Shown here: positions 1 to 8,640 of the stretch, piece by piece
Numbering within the stretch: position 1 is the first letter of the stretch
Layout of the letters: each line of letters opens with the position of its first letter
From: Podarcis muralis
Taxonomy: Eukaryota
Direction: 5' to 3'
Assembly: GCF_964188315.1 (NCBI RefSeq)
Contig: NC_135667.1
Location: 21,204,001 to 21,268,000, forward strand
Length of the DNA stretch: 64,000 bases
Translations under genes and position numbers: made by a program
The notes under the pieces: generated by a model
Told to the model about the DNA's origin: nothing
The model's input: the letters and a program-made list of their open reading frames with translations, nothing else
Databases searched by the model: none

Positions 1-3
1 GGG

Positions 4-1695
4 GTGGCCACGGAGCACCATTTGGACCCCAGGGAAACAGGCAGTAATCTTAGTCTGGGTCTGGCCTGGTCCCCCATCAAGTTGACCCCCTTAAAAAACC
101 TTTTAGACCACTACCCCAACAGGACTGCAGCAGTGTACTTATGGGAGGGTTTCAGTACCGGTTTTAGAATCCCAGTTGCCTTTCTCCCTAATTCGGGAGA
201 CCCTCCAAACCAAAAGTCAGTGAGGGAGATGCCCGAGGTTGCCCAAAAGAAGATTAGTAAGGAAATCAAGGCAGGAAGGGTAGCCGGCCCCTTCCTAGTC
301 CCCCCAATTGAAGGCCTCCATATATCCCCGTTAGGCATAGTCCCCAAAAAAGCGCCCGGTGAGTATCGCATGATTCACAACCTTTCCTACCCTAAGGGCG
401 GGTCGGTCAATGATGCGATACCGCAGGAACTCTGCACAGTGAGATATGCCACTTTCGATCAAGCCGTACAGCTCATACGCAAGTTCGGTAAGGGGGCGCT
501 GCTGGCAAAATGTGACATTGAGTCAGCCTTTAGACTCCTGCCAGTTCATCCGGAAGATTTCCGGTGGCTTGGCTTCAAATTTGATGGGGCGTATTTTGTA
601 GACAAGGCAATGCCCATGGGCTGCTCGGTAGCCTGCGCAGCCTTCGAGGCATTCAGCACCTTCCTGGACTGGGCACTCCGCTTCAAAACTGGCGCGGAGG
701 GCGTGTCGCATTACCTGGACGACTTTATCCTCGTGGAGGATAGCAGGCCCAAATGCGCAGAGCTCCTTGAAGCATTCACATCGCTAGCGGGAGAATTGGG
801 GGTGCCGCTAGCCGCCGATAAAACGGAGGGCCCGGCAACGACAATGGTGTACTTAGGTATTGAGCTGGACACTGTCGCTCAAACCTCAAAACTTCCCAGG
901 GAAAAACTCACTGCACTTGGTGATCTCATTAGGCAACTACTCCCCCTAAGAAAAGTTACACTCAGGCAAATCCAGTCACTGTTAGGACACTTAAATTTTG
1001 CTTGCCGTGTGGTTTCCCCTGGCCGCCCATTCTGCGGCCGCCTTGCGAAGTTGTCAGCAGGACTGCGTTCCCCTCATCATAGGGTTCGGCTATCCAAGGA
1101 AGTGAAGGCTGACCTGGAAGTCTGGTTGGAGTTCTTGCAGAACTATAACGGTATTTCCATGTGGCAGGACAACCTTGCGCTGCAGGTCGACTTCCAGGTC
1201 CATTCGGATGCTTCCGGCTCCCTGGGGTTTGGTGTTTACTTTAGGGGCCAATGGTGTGCCCAGCGCTGGCCCGCCGCCTGGCAAGGGGGTCCCATCACGA
1301 GAGACTTAACCTTCCTTGAATTCTTCCCGATTGTAGTGGCGGTGCACTTGTGGCCTGAAACATTTAGTAATCATAGGGTGTGCTTCCACACCGACAACCA
1401 GGCCGTAGTGGCGGTACTTTCCAGGCAGGTCGCACGGTCACCAAGGGTAGGGGGCCTCCTGCGTTCTTTCGTTCTCAGGTGCTTAGAGCTCAACATACAC
1501 TTCTCAGCAAAATTTGTCCCTGGTGTAAATAATGACATTGCGGATGCTTTATCTCGCTTTCAGATGGACCGCTTCCGCTCGTTGGCACCGGATGCAGAGC
1601 TGCTGCCTCAGCCATTCCCGGAACATCTGTGGAAGCTCGGGGACCAGAGGCGTGGGGACCTGAGTCCTGGGAGCCAGAAGTCATTCAGGGAGTAA
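4..1695 (+). CDS. Reverse transcriptase-RNase H of Ngaro/DIRS element (probably 5'-incomplete)
   Basis: LGIVPKK..YRMIHNLS, LAKCDIESAFRLLP, MPMGCS, HYLDDF (RT); VHSDAS, LEFFPI, FHTDNQAVV, NDIADALSR (RNase H). No stops in 563 codons. Confidence 0.92.
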   Translation: MATEHHLDPRETGSNLSLGLAWSPIKLTPLKNLLDHYPNRTAAVYLWEGFSTGFRIPVAFLPNSGDPPNQKSVREMPEVAQKKISKEIKAGRVAGPFLVPPIEGLHISPLGIVPKKAPGEYRMIHNLSYPKGGSVNDAIPQELCTVRYATFDQAVQLIRKFGKGALLAKCDIESAFRLLPVHPEDFRWLGFKFDGAYFVDKAMPMGCSVACAAFEAFSTFLDWALRFKTGAEGVSHYLDDFILVEDSRPKCAELLEAFTSLAGELGVPLAADKTEGPATTMVYLGIELDTVAQTSKLPREKLTALGDLIRQLLPLRKVTLRQIQSLLGHLNFACRVVSPGRPFCGRLAKLSAGLRSPHHRVRLSKEVKADLEVWLEFLQNYNGISMWQDNLALQVDFQVHSDASGSLGFGVYFRGQWCAQRWPAAWQGGPITRDLTFLEFFPIVVAVHLWPETFSNHRVCFHTDNQAVVAVLSRQVARSPRVGGLLRSFVLRCLELNIHFSAKFVPGVNNDIADALSRFQMDRFRSLAPDAELLPQPFPEHLWKLGDQRRGDLSPGSQKSFRE

Positions 1696-2573
1696 TGGCC
1701 TCGGTGGCACCTTCCACTTTGAGATCGTATAAGAAGGCTTGGTCGGATTTTTTAAAATTCCGCAACAAAACCTGCGCCATCAGAAACAATGCCCCTCCCG
1801 TCAAACCTGAGGTGCTAGCTTACCTAGTTTACCTGAGACGCTTGGGCCGCGCCCCTAGAACCCTCAACCTTCAAGCCGCGGCAATTTCGTTCTTTTGCAA
1901 GGCGGTATTTTCCACCGATCCTTGTGACGATTTTGTTATACGAAGGACGCTAGAGGGTTGGCGTAGGCTACAGCCCCCAAGCCATGATATGGGGAGGCCG
2001 ATAACATTCGACATCCTCTCTCAGATCCATAAAAGATTGCGAACAGTATGCTGGTCTAGATATGAGGCAAGATTATTTTCAGCAGCTTACTCCATTGCCT
2101 TTTTTGGAGCCCTGCGTGTGGGGGAGTTAGTTTACGAAGCTGGTCAGCACGGTTTCTCCCGGGGCTTGCTGTTAAGTGACGTTACCCTGTCACGGGAGGA
2201 CCTGGTGGTACGGATACGCAGCTCTAAAACAGACCAGTATGGGAGGGGGGCTCTGGTTCAGCTTATGGCCACCGATAGCCCTGGTCCATGTCCAGTTAAA
2301 GACACAAGGCGCTTTTTATCCATGAGGGTCAATTCGGCAGGGCCTCTGTTGATACACGCAGATGGTTTACCTTTGACTCGTCACCAGTTCACTCGGGTCA
2401 TGCGCCTAGCACTGGCAGCATGTGGCATCCCCGCAGCAGATTTTGCTTCACACTCTTTCAGGATAGGAGCAGCCACCACGGCAATGCACCTGGGGCTTAC
2501 AGCTGAGAGGATCAGGGACGTAGGGCGCTGGAAATCTGACGCGTACAAACGCTACTTGAGAAAAAACTTGTGA
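1629..2573 (+). CDS. Tyrosine recombinase (integrase) of Ngaro/DIRS element
   Basis: FFGALRVGEL, IRSSKTDQ, HSFRIGAAT, GRWKSDAYKRY: R-K-H-x-x-R-W-Y catalytic set. The true start is likely the ATG at 1695. Confidence 0.92.
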   Translation: MEARGPEAWGPESWEPEVIQGVMASVAPSTLRSYKKAWSDFLKFRNKTCAIRNNAPPVKPEVLAYLVYLRRLGRAPRTLNLQAAAISFFCKAVFSTDPCDDFVIRRTLEGWRRLQPPSHDMGRPITFDILSQIHKRLRTVCWSRYEARLFSAAYSIAFFGALRVGELVYEAGQHGFSRGLLLSDVTLSREDLVVRIRSSKTDQYGRGALVQLMATDSPGPCPVKDTRRFLSMRVNSAGPLLIHADGLPLTRHQFTRVMRLALAACGIPAADFASHSFRIGAATTAMHLGLTAERIRDVGRWKSDAYKRYLRKNL

Positions 2574-2617
2574 CGGTGACTGACCATGGTCTGTTTTTTC
2601 ACTCTCCTACAGGTGAT

Positions 2618-3184
2618 ATGGGGGTGCGCGTCTGGATTATCGGGCACAGTATTGTGCATTGGGCCAGGGTCCGCGCCATCATTACCGGTCTCGGGCCGCA
2701 CCTGGGCCTACCTGATGTCACTATTTCCTGGGTTTCCCGGAGGGGAATGCGCTGGGCCGAGTTACTGCCCGCAGTTAAGGCCAGAGCTGCAGTGGAGGGC
2801 CCCCCAGATGCTCTATTAATACAATTGGGTGAAAACGACCTTGCCTACAGGAAGGCAGTGGACCTGCAGTGGCACATTTTTAGTGACTTCGATGAGCTGA
2901 AGGCCGCTTACCCGAATGTCACGATTATTTGGGCCTCACTGATGGAGAGGCGGATTTGGAGGGACTGCAGGTGCCCGATAGCTTTGAATAGGGCTAGAAA
3001 AGCCTTGGATCGGGCGGTGGTGCGTAGAGTGGCAGCCCTGGGGGGGATGGTCATCGGCCACCCGGGCATTCGTTTCAACCTTGAGGCCCTCTACCGGTAT
3101 GATGGCGTGCATCTTTCGGATGCTGGTAATGATGTTTGGCTTAGGGATATTGCAAAGGGGATAATGGAGTGGATTCAGGCATGA
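2618..3184 (+). CDS. SGNH/GDSL-type hydrolase ORF of Ngaro element
   Basis: IIGHSIVHW (block I Ser), RRGMRW (block II), LGENDL (block III), DGVHLS (block V Asp-x-x-His). First in-frame ATG at 2618. Confidence 0.8.
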   Translation: MGVRVWIIGHSIVHWARVRAIITGLGPHLGLPDVTISWVSRRGMRWAELLPAVKARAAVEGPPDALLIQLGENDLAYRKAVDLQWHIFSDFDELKAAYPNVTIIWASLMERRIWRDCRCPIALNRARKALDRAVVRRVAALGGMVIGHPGIRFNLEALYRYDGVHLSDAGNDVWLRDIAKGIMEWIQA

Positions 3185-3775
3185 GAGTATTGGCGGCGAG
3201 CTGCGGCTCGGTGGCGGTAGGCATTGGTAAGATGGGGTTAAGAGGATGTGTGGGGGGGGAGGAACGCCATCACCTCCCCCCAATGAACGAAGGGTGGTCC
3301 GTTAAAGGACTCCGGGGGGGCGTGGCCCTGTCCGAAGCCTATGGAGGTGAGGGCCAAAGGCACGCCCCAGAGCGGTGACCCGGGGGAGCTCCTAGCCGAC
3401 GTGCCTCGGCGGGAGACTCCCCCGATTAGTGTTAACCCTTCCCCGTGTCTCCAGCAAATGGGCTGGAGCCGGGTAGTCGATAGGACCAATGCCTAAGCCA
3501 ATGCCTCTCATTCCTGAATTCAATAAAGTTGTGGCCTAATTCGCCCAATTAACCTTAATTATGGTGTCTCGTGTGTTTATTTATCTTGGTGGGGGGCGGG
3601 AACTCGCCACGCAAAGTACCCACAAGGCCACATTCTTTTACTTGACCAAGGAATGATTTTTCTAACTATTATAACTTCACTACACCGAGGCTCACCAAGC
3701 CCAACCCCCAGCAAGGAAGGAATCTCAGCTGAAGAATCCCAGACAGATGGCCAGCCAACCTCTGCTTTAAAGTCT

Positions 3776-5400
3776 TGTTGTGCAAACCACAGGGGTGTGG
3801 GGCCTCCACCCAAGTCTTGTGGCCCCTCCCACTTCTGTGTAGGCAGCGCTAGTTGGGCTCAGTAAGCAACTACCCTCTTGGCTGAAGAGGTAGAAAAAAC
3901 AATCTGGGCAGCTTGGCAGGTCCCAAGCCCAGACCAGGAGGCTCTTGGTTCAAGGACCCTTCCCTCAGGCCATGAGCCCGCTGCTTGGAAGGGCGCATCA
4001 TTGCAAGGAAATCTGCAGCTCCTCCTAACTGACTGATATTCCAAGGACCAAATGAGAGTAGCAGCACTTCACCTCTGGCGACTGAACAACCTCTGATATC
4101 GTTCCTTGTTCTCTTCAGCCAGTTTTGGCCAAACCACACTGTGTTTCTTTTCTGATGCAGGTTCTTCTGACACTGAGGGGACATGGGACTCCCTGGCGGA
4201 TGTGGGAAGCGAGACCCTTCTGCAGGGGCAGGTGGGCAGGGTACTAGATTGCTCTGATCTACAAGAGACATCCAAATCCTTACAGGGGAAGCTGACACCT
4301 TCAGAATTATGCAGCACAAAGGTTTTACTTTTGTCATGAATTTGCGAGGCAGTCTTAGGCAAGCCACTCTCCATTTCAGCTCCTTTCTCCCATGTTCAAC
4401 ATGAGCAAAATAATGTTTGCATTCCTGCATTGTGGAGGTTGGACTGGATGCTCTTATTCAGTTAGTTAGCCTCTTTTGTCCACCATGTTGTCTCCATTGC
4501 AGTGGTTCTATGAGGTAGCAAGATGGCTGCCATTGCCACCTCCTATTTCCATAATAATTAATTTTTGTACCTCTTCCAACTGACTGGGTTGTTCCAGCTA
4601 CTCTGGGTGACTTACTAAAGAATTACTGGGCGGAGCCCATGACTGTTCAAGTGTTATAATAGTGTTTTGAATGTACAGTTGTACCTTGGTTTTCAAACAG
4701 CTTAGTCCTCAAACGTTTTGGCTCCCGCACGTTGCAAATCTGGAAGTGAATGTTCTGGTTTGCAAACTATTTTTGGATGACCAACGTCAGACGGGGCTTC
4801 CTGAAGCCAATTGGAAGCTGTGCTTTGGTTTCCAAACATTTTGGAAGTCGAATGGATTCTGGAATGGATTCCATTCGACTTCCAAGATACGACTGTGTAG
4901 AGCTCCTGTGGTGAAGTTGGAGGTGTGTGGTTTTAAGACATTTGGAAATAATAGAGAAAATGCAGGAACAAAAATATAAGACTATCTCCGGACCAGCCAG
5001 AAAATGGGAAGCCCCATTAAATTAATCAATATGAAATGTTTAATTGGATTGTTTTTATTTTTTTTATTTTGGATATGACATGGCAAGATTTCATATGTTC
5101 TTAATTGAGATGTTATTAATGAAAAATATTTATTTATTTATTTTAAAAGAGGCCAATGAGAATCCTTGTCTCCTCTCCTGATGAGCCTCCAGCCTGGGTC
5201 CTGGGCATTGCCGGCTCAAAGGAAGCCCTTCTCAAGAAGCAAAATAGTGTTTCCTGCCATCTTGGGCTCCTCCAGGGCTGCAAGCTCCCCTGCTAAAGAG
5301 AGATTCTCCCGTGGAAGGGACACTCCCGGGAGGTGGTGGACTCTCCTTCCTTGGAAGGTTTTAAGTGGCCGTCTGCCAGGGACGATTTGATTCCGGGAAT
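3776..5400 (+). repeat. Duplicon module A, copy 1 (contains a captured SCAN-ZNF internal exon at 4161-4231)
   Basis: Begins ttgttgtgcaaaccacaggggtgtgggg; near-identical copies at about 23860, 28266, 40082 and 45803; central part matches 12960-13330. Confidence 0.85.
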
Positions 5401-5603
5401 TGGACTAGATGACTCTGAGTGTCCCTCCCAACTCCATTATTTCCCCGCACCCCCCACCCCGTTCAGCGTAAATAGACTCCGGGAGAGCAGGGAGAGCTAA
5501 AAGCAGGTTTATTGGGGGTGGGCGGTGGGGAGGGACGTGGTCGAGGCTGCCACGTCCAGGCGGCACTTCTGCCGAGGGCGCCGGCTGCTTCTCTGGCCTA
5601 GCG

Positions 5604-6132
5604 TTATATGGAGAGCAGCCCGTTGCCGAAACACGCAGCCGAGCAGAAGATGCCCATTTCCACCTGGATGTCTGGGCTCGGCACCTGCAGGAGGGGCGAA
5701 GGCGGGGAGCGTTAGAGAGCACAGAGAGGCGCGAAGGGGCGAAGGAGGGACCCACGTCCGGAGCCCCCGCCCAACGGGGAGGGAGAGAGACTCACCCTGG
5801 AGTTGACGGGGTCCGCGAGTAGGTTCTGGGCGGGAAGGGCGCTCGGGTTGTCGAGGGCGCTGCCGAATAAGTTCAGGTTGATCCAGATTATCCTGGAGAT
5901 CTGCTCGCTCAAGAAGAGGGCTCTACGGGAGGAGGGGGAGAAGAAGGTCAGCTTGCGGGAAACGAGAGTAAAGAGGAGAAGGGCCGGGCCATGGCCTCGC
6001 CATCGGGAGAGGGTACTGCCCGACGGGGCGGGCTTACCTGGGCACAGCCTGGGCGCCGATGTCTGCGGAACGGGACGGGATCTCGGCCCAAACGGGCTGC
6101 ACGTGGCTCTGGTTGACTCCGCTCAGCGCCAT
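5604..6132 (-). CDS. Alpha-globin-derived 3-exon gene G1 (exons 6132-6038, 5922-5796, 5684-5604), 100 aa: MALSGVNQSHVQPVWAEIPSRSADIGAQAVPR/ALFLSEQISRIIWINLNLFGSALDNPSALPAQNLLADPVNSR/VPSPDIQVEMGIFCSAACFGNGLLSI
   Basis: GT-AG introns in phase 2 and phase 0; exon-1 CDS 95 nt; TGATAAAA at 6184-6177; AATAAA at 5513-5508; ungapped similarity to alpha-globin exon 1 and to LSDLHAHKLRVDPVNFK. Confidence 0.8.
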
Positions 6133-6173
6133 CCTGCCAGCTCAACCTCTTGGTGCCGTCGGAGCAGGGGCAG

Positions 6174-6200
6174 CCCTTTTATCACCGCCCGCCCTGCCCC
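6174..6200 (-). promoter_or_regulatory. TATA-position GATAAAA element with upstream GC box, G1 promoter (conserved in the other copies)
   Basis: GGGCGGGCGGTGATAAAAGGGC about 45-50 nt upstream of the ATG in G1-G5; CGATAAAAGG in G7; CATAAAAAGG in G8. Confidence 0.6.
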
Positions 6201-7157
6201 CCGGGTGGCATCTCCCTCGGCCTCTGCCAGCGCCTCCTTCCCTCCCTCGGCCTCGGCAAGGATCCGGGACGGGGCGCACGAGCCCTGGCAAGTGAGCATC
6301 GTCCTCGAAATTCCCGCTGCCTGCTGCCAGGCGGACACCGTCGAGCATCTTCTCTGGACGCTCCCTGGGCGATGATGGCTCGCTAGTCAAGACCCGCCCC
6401 GCCCCCCGCGAGGTCGGCCAGTCAGTCTTCTTCCCCCATTGATGTGCACGGCAAAGGGGCACGAAGGGAGGGGAGGAATGGGGCCTCGCAGAAAGCCGTG
6501 CGCGGAGGTTCTCTCTCAGGTCCTCGCCTGCGGGGGGTGGGGGTGGAAGCTGCGACCCAAATCGAACCAAATGGGTCGCTCCTTTGCCCACCAGGCGCGT
6601 CGCCGGCAGGACTGCAGGTGCGGGAGAGAGGAAGGATCAGTCCATCCAGCTGAATGGGGGCATTTGGCCCTCGGCGTCCTCCCCCCAAGGGACTCACAGG
6701 AAGCTTGGCTGGCAAGAAAGAAGGGGGGCGGGTTCTTGTGGGGATCAGGACTGGCGAAGCAGCAGGAAAGCAGAGACCGTTCTCCCCATTCCAAGTCTCC
6801 CAAAAGGGGAACATATTGAGGGTGGGGCTGAGAATCTAGTTCAGTTTACTTAAAAATACGCAAGACTGAAGAGTTCATGGAAGGCCTAACAGGTTTATGG
6901 AAATCAACAAAGGAGCAGATTTCAAGCAACAACTTGGAACATGAAAAGAAAGAACAACGCTTACCCAATCTATAGTTCAGCCCATCTAATTAGTGAGGTT
7001 AAATATATGTGGGAAGCAGACTGGATTATTAGAAATATATTTTAGGTTACTAAACTGCAGCCCAGTTCCAAACTGGACCATTTCCTACCAACCCTGAAAT
7101 GAGAAAGAAGAATTTTGTTTAATTGCTTATTCGTTAATTAGGATTCCAGGGGAAATG

Positions 7158-8200
7158 GAAGCCAGGCAAGAAGGCCCCGGCAGAAGAGTCTCTTGGGAGG
7201 GCAGCTGTGGGGGTAATGTGGGGCTGGTGCTCCATGCAGGCTTGCCATACTGGGGGAGGGAAGCAGGAGGAGAAGGCGTGAGCACTTTGGGGCATCACAA
7301 TTTTGCATGACCCCCCCCCCCAAGAAAACAGGATGTCCCAGACTGTTGACGGGCATGTGCCAGCCAGAGACCCTCTAGGTGAGTTTTGCAGACTACCAAT
7401 TGGGAACCGCTGATCTACAGTATTCCAAGTGTTTATGAACCACAGATTTGTAGAATGGCATTCTGGGAGCCACAGTCTTGTTTTTAAATGCATTTTCAAG
7501 TGACTCCCACCCAGCATGGAATGGGCCTTTTTCACAGCTGCAGAACACAGGGTTGGCCTTTTCATCCAGCTCTCCACTACCATCTTAAGGTCTCGATCCA
7601 CGTTGGCCACTGCCAATTCAAACCCATGAATATATATGTCTGGAGTTGAGATATGTCTTTTTGCATCACAGAATCATAGAGTTGGAAGGGATCCCGAGGC
7701 TCAACGAGCCCAACCCCCAGCAAGGAAGGAATCTCAGCTGAAGTATCCCAGACAGATGGACATCCAACCTCTGCTTTAAAATCTCCAAGGAAGGCAAGTC
7801 CACCACCTTCAGAGGGAGTCTGTTCCACTGTCAAACAGCTCTTGCTTTCAGAAAGTTATTCCAAGTGTTCACAGCGCTGCCCCCCCCAAGACAGCATTGC
7901 GGACGGCCTCAGCAACCTTAGCGCCCTGCTGGAGGAGGAGATGACCTTCCGAGGGAGTCTCTCTCCCTCCCTGTAGGGGGGCTCTGGAGGGGGTGTCCCT
8001 CCTTTCCTCTTTTGCACCCGCTCAATCCTCCCAGCCTAATGCTCCCCACCTCTGCTTCTCCTGCAGGTGCTGGGTAATATCATCATGGTGATGGCCACCT
8101 CAGAACCCAATTCCTAGGGACCGAGGTCCATTTGGGGTCCCCAATAAAGTATTGGAGGAGGCTGGGCCTCCACGAGACCAGCATCAGAGACCTCGCCCCC
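7158..8200 (+). repeat. Duplicon module C, copy 1
   Basis: Also at about 27250-28260, 35510-36315, 38480-40080 and 44200-45790; more diverged traces at 52380-52660 and about 55850. Confidence 0.8.
7890..8148 (+). pseudogene. Globin relic R1 (exon-2 3' end, intron 2, exon 3, polyA signal)
   Basis: GAC AGC ATT GCG GAC GGC CTC AGC AAC CTT AGC GCC CTG = DSIADGLSNLSAL; intron homologous to G intron 2 but donor GT lost; ctcctgcag acceptor at 8066; VLGNIIMVMATSEPNS*; AATAAA 8143-8148. Confidence 0.65.
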
Positions 8201-8220
8201 CAAAACACATCCAGCAATGG

Positions 8221-8640
8221 GACTTCCGGCGGCGGCGTGAACGGCAATGGCGGTCTCCTTCCAGTGGTGAAGGGGAAGCTCTGCAGAAACGGGTCGTCCG
8301 CTACGGCGAAGCAGAGACCCTTGCTGGAAACCCACAGGCAGCGATAGCCTGTGGCCGTGGGACTCGGCGGGCACCATCAGCGCCCCCAGAAACGGCGAAG
8401 GGACCTCGTAAGGGGCTCCGGAACGTGGAAGGGCTGGCGCGGTGCTGTGAGTTGATCGCTCTTTATGTGGAGTGAAGCCGCATAGCTGCTGTCGGTGAGC
8501 GCTGACCTTTTTTCCTGGGAACATTCGGCTACAAAAAGCAACAACCCGTGAGTAGGGGAACTGACTGAATTTGGGGCTAAATTGAATTAAATTCGGCCAA
8601 AGCGGGAGACGCAACCAGGAAGTCTGTCTCCCGGCTTTGC
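8221..8640 (+). mobile_element. Probable L1-type 5' UTR fragment
   Basis: Starts GACTTCCGG; shares ggagtgaagccgcat..gcactgac/gcgctgac..tttttcctg with the 5' end of the 53.3-55.4 kb element. Confidence 0.5.

Larger units (their letters stand above)
1..3684 (+). mobile_element. Ngaro-type (DIRS order) tyrosine-recombinase retrotransposon; 5' part lies outside the window
   Basis: Three consecutive overlapping ORFs in the order RT/RNaseH, tyrosine recombinase, SGNH hydrolase, which is the Ngaro arrangement. The 3' end is approximate, placed where sequence shared with the local duplicon resumes (ccgaggctcaccaagccc, about 3685). Confidence 0.85.

Noticed and set aside
1629-2573. Tyrosine recombinase as a phage or prokaryotic integrase; SGNH ORF as a novel cargo gene
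   Set aside because: The RT-RH / YR / SGNH order is the known Ngaro layout, and the context is vertebrate.
3870-4430. Recurrent ORFs in module A (MQECKHY.., MESGLP..)
   Set aside because: Antisense to a captured ZNF exon and intron; lengths and stops vary among copies.
5923-6037. Intron-1 length of 115-116 nt matching human HBA intron 1 as evidence of homology
   Set aside because: Coincidental: 30 nt of it appear to be intronised exon, and the unshifted copy G8 has 86 nt.
5604-6132. Calling the copies functional hemoglobin alpha (HBA) or beta-globin
   Set aside because: No F8 His or CD1 Phe and large deletions rule out a normal chain; the 95-nt exon 1, DPVN and Y-R-stop favour alpha over beta ancestry. 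No gene symbol assigned.
7537-7592. Possible globin exon 1 or 2 for the relics in module C (MEWAFFTAAEHRVGLFIQLSTTILR)
   Set aside because: No convincing alignment to globin or to the G copies, and no matching splice donor.
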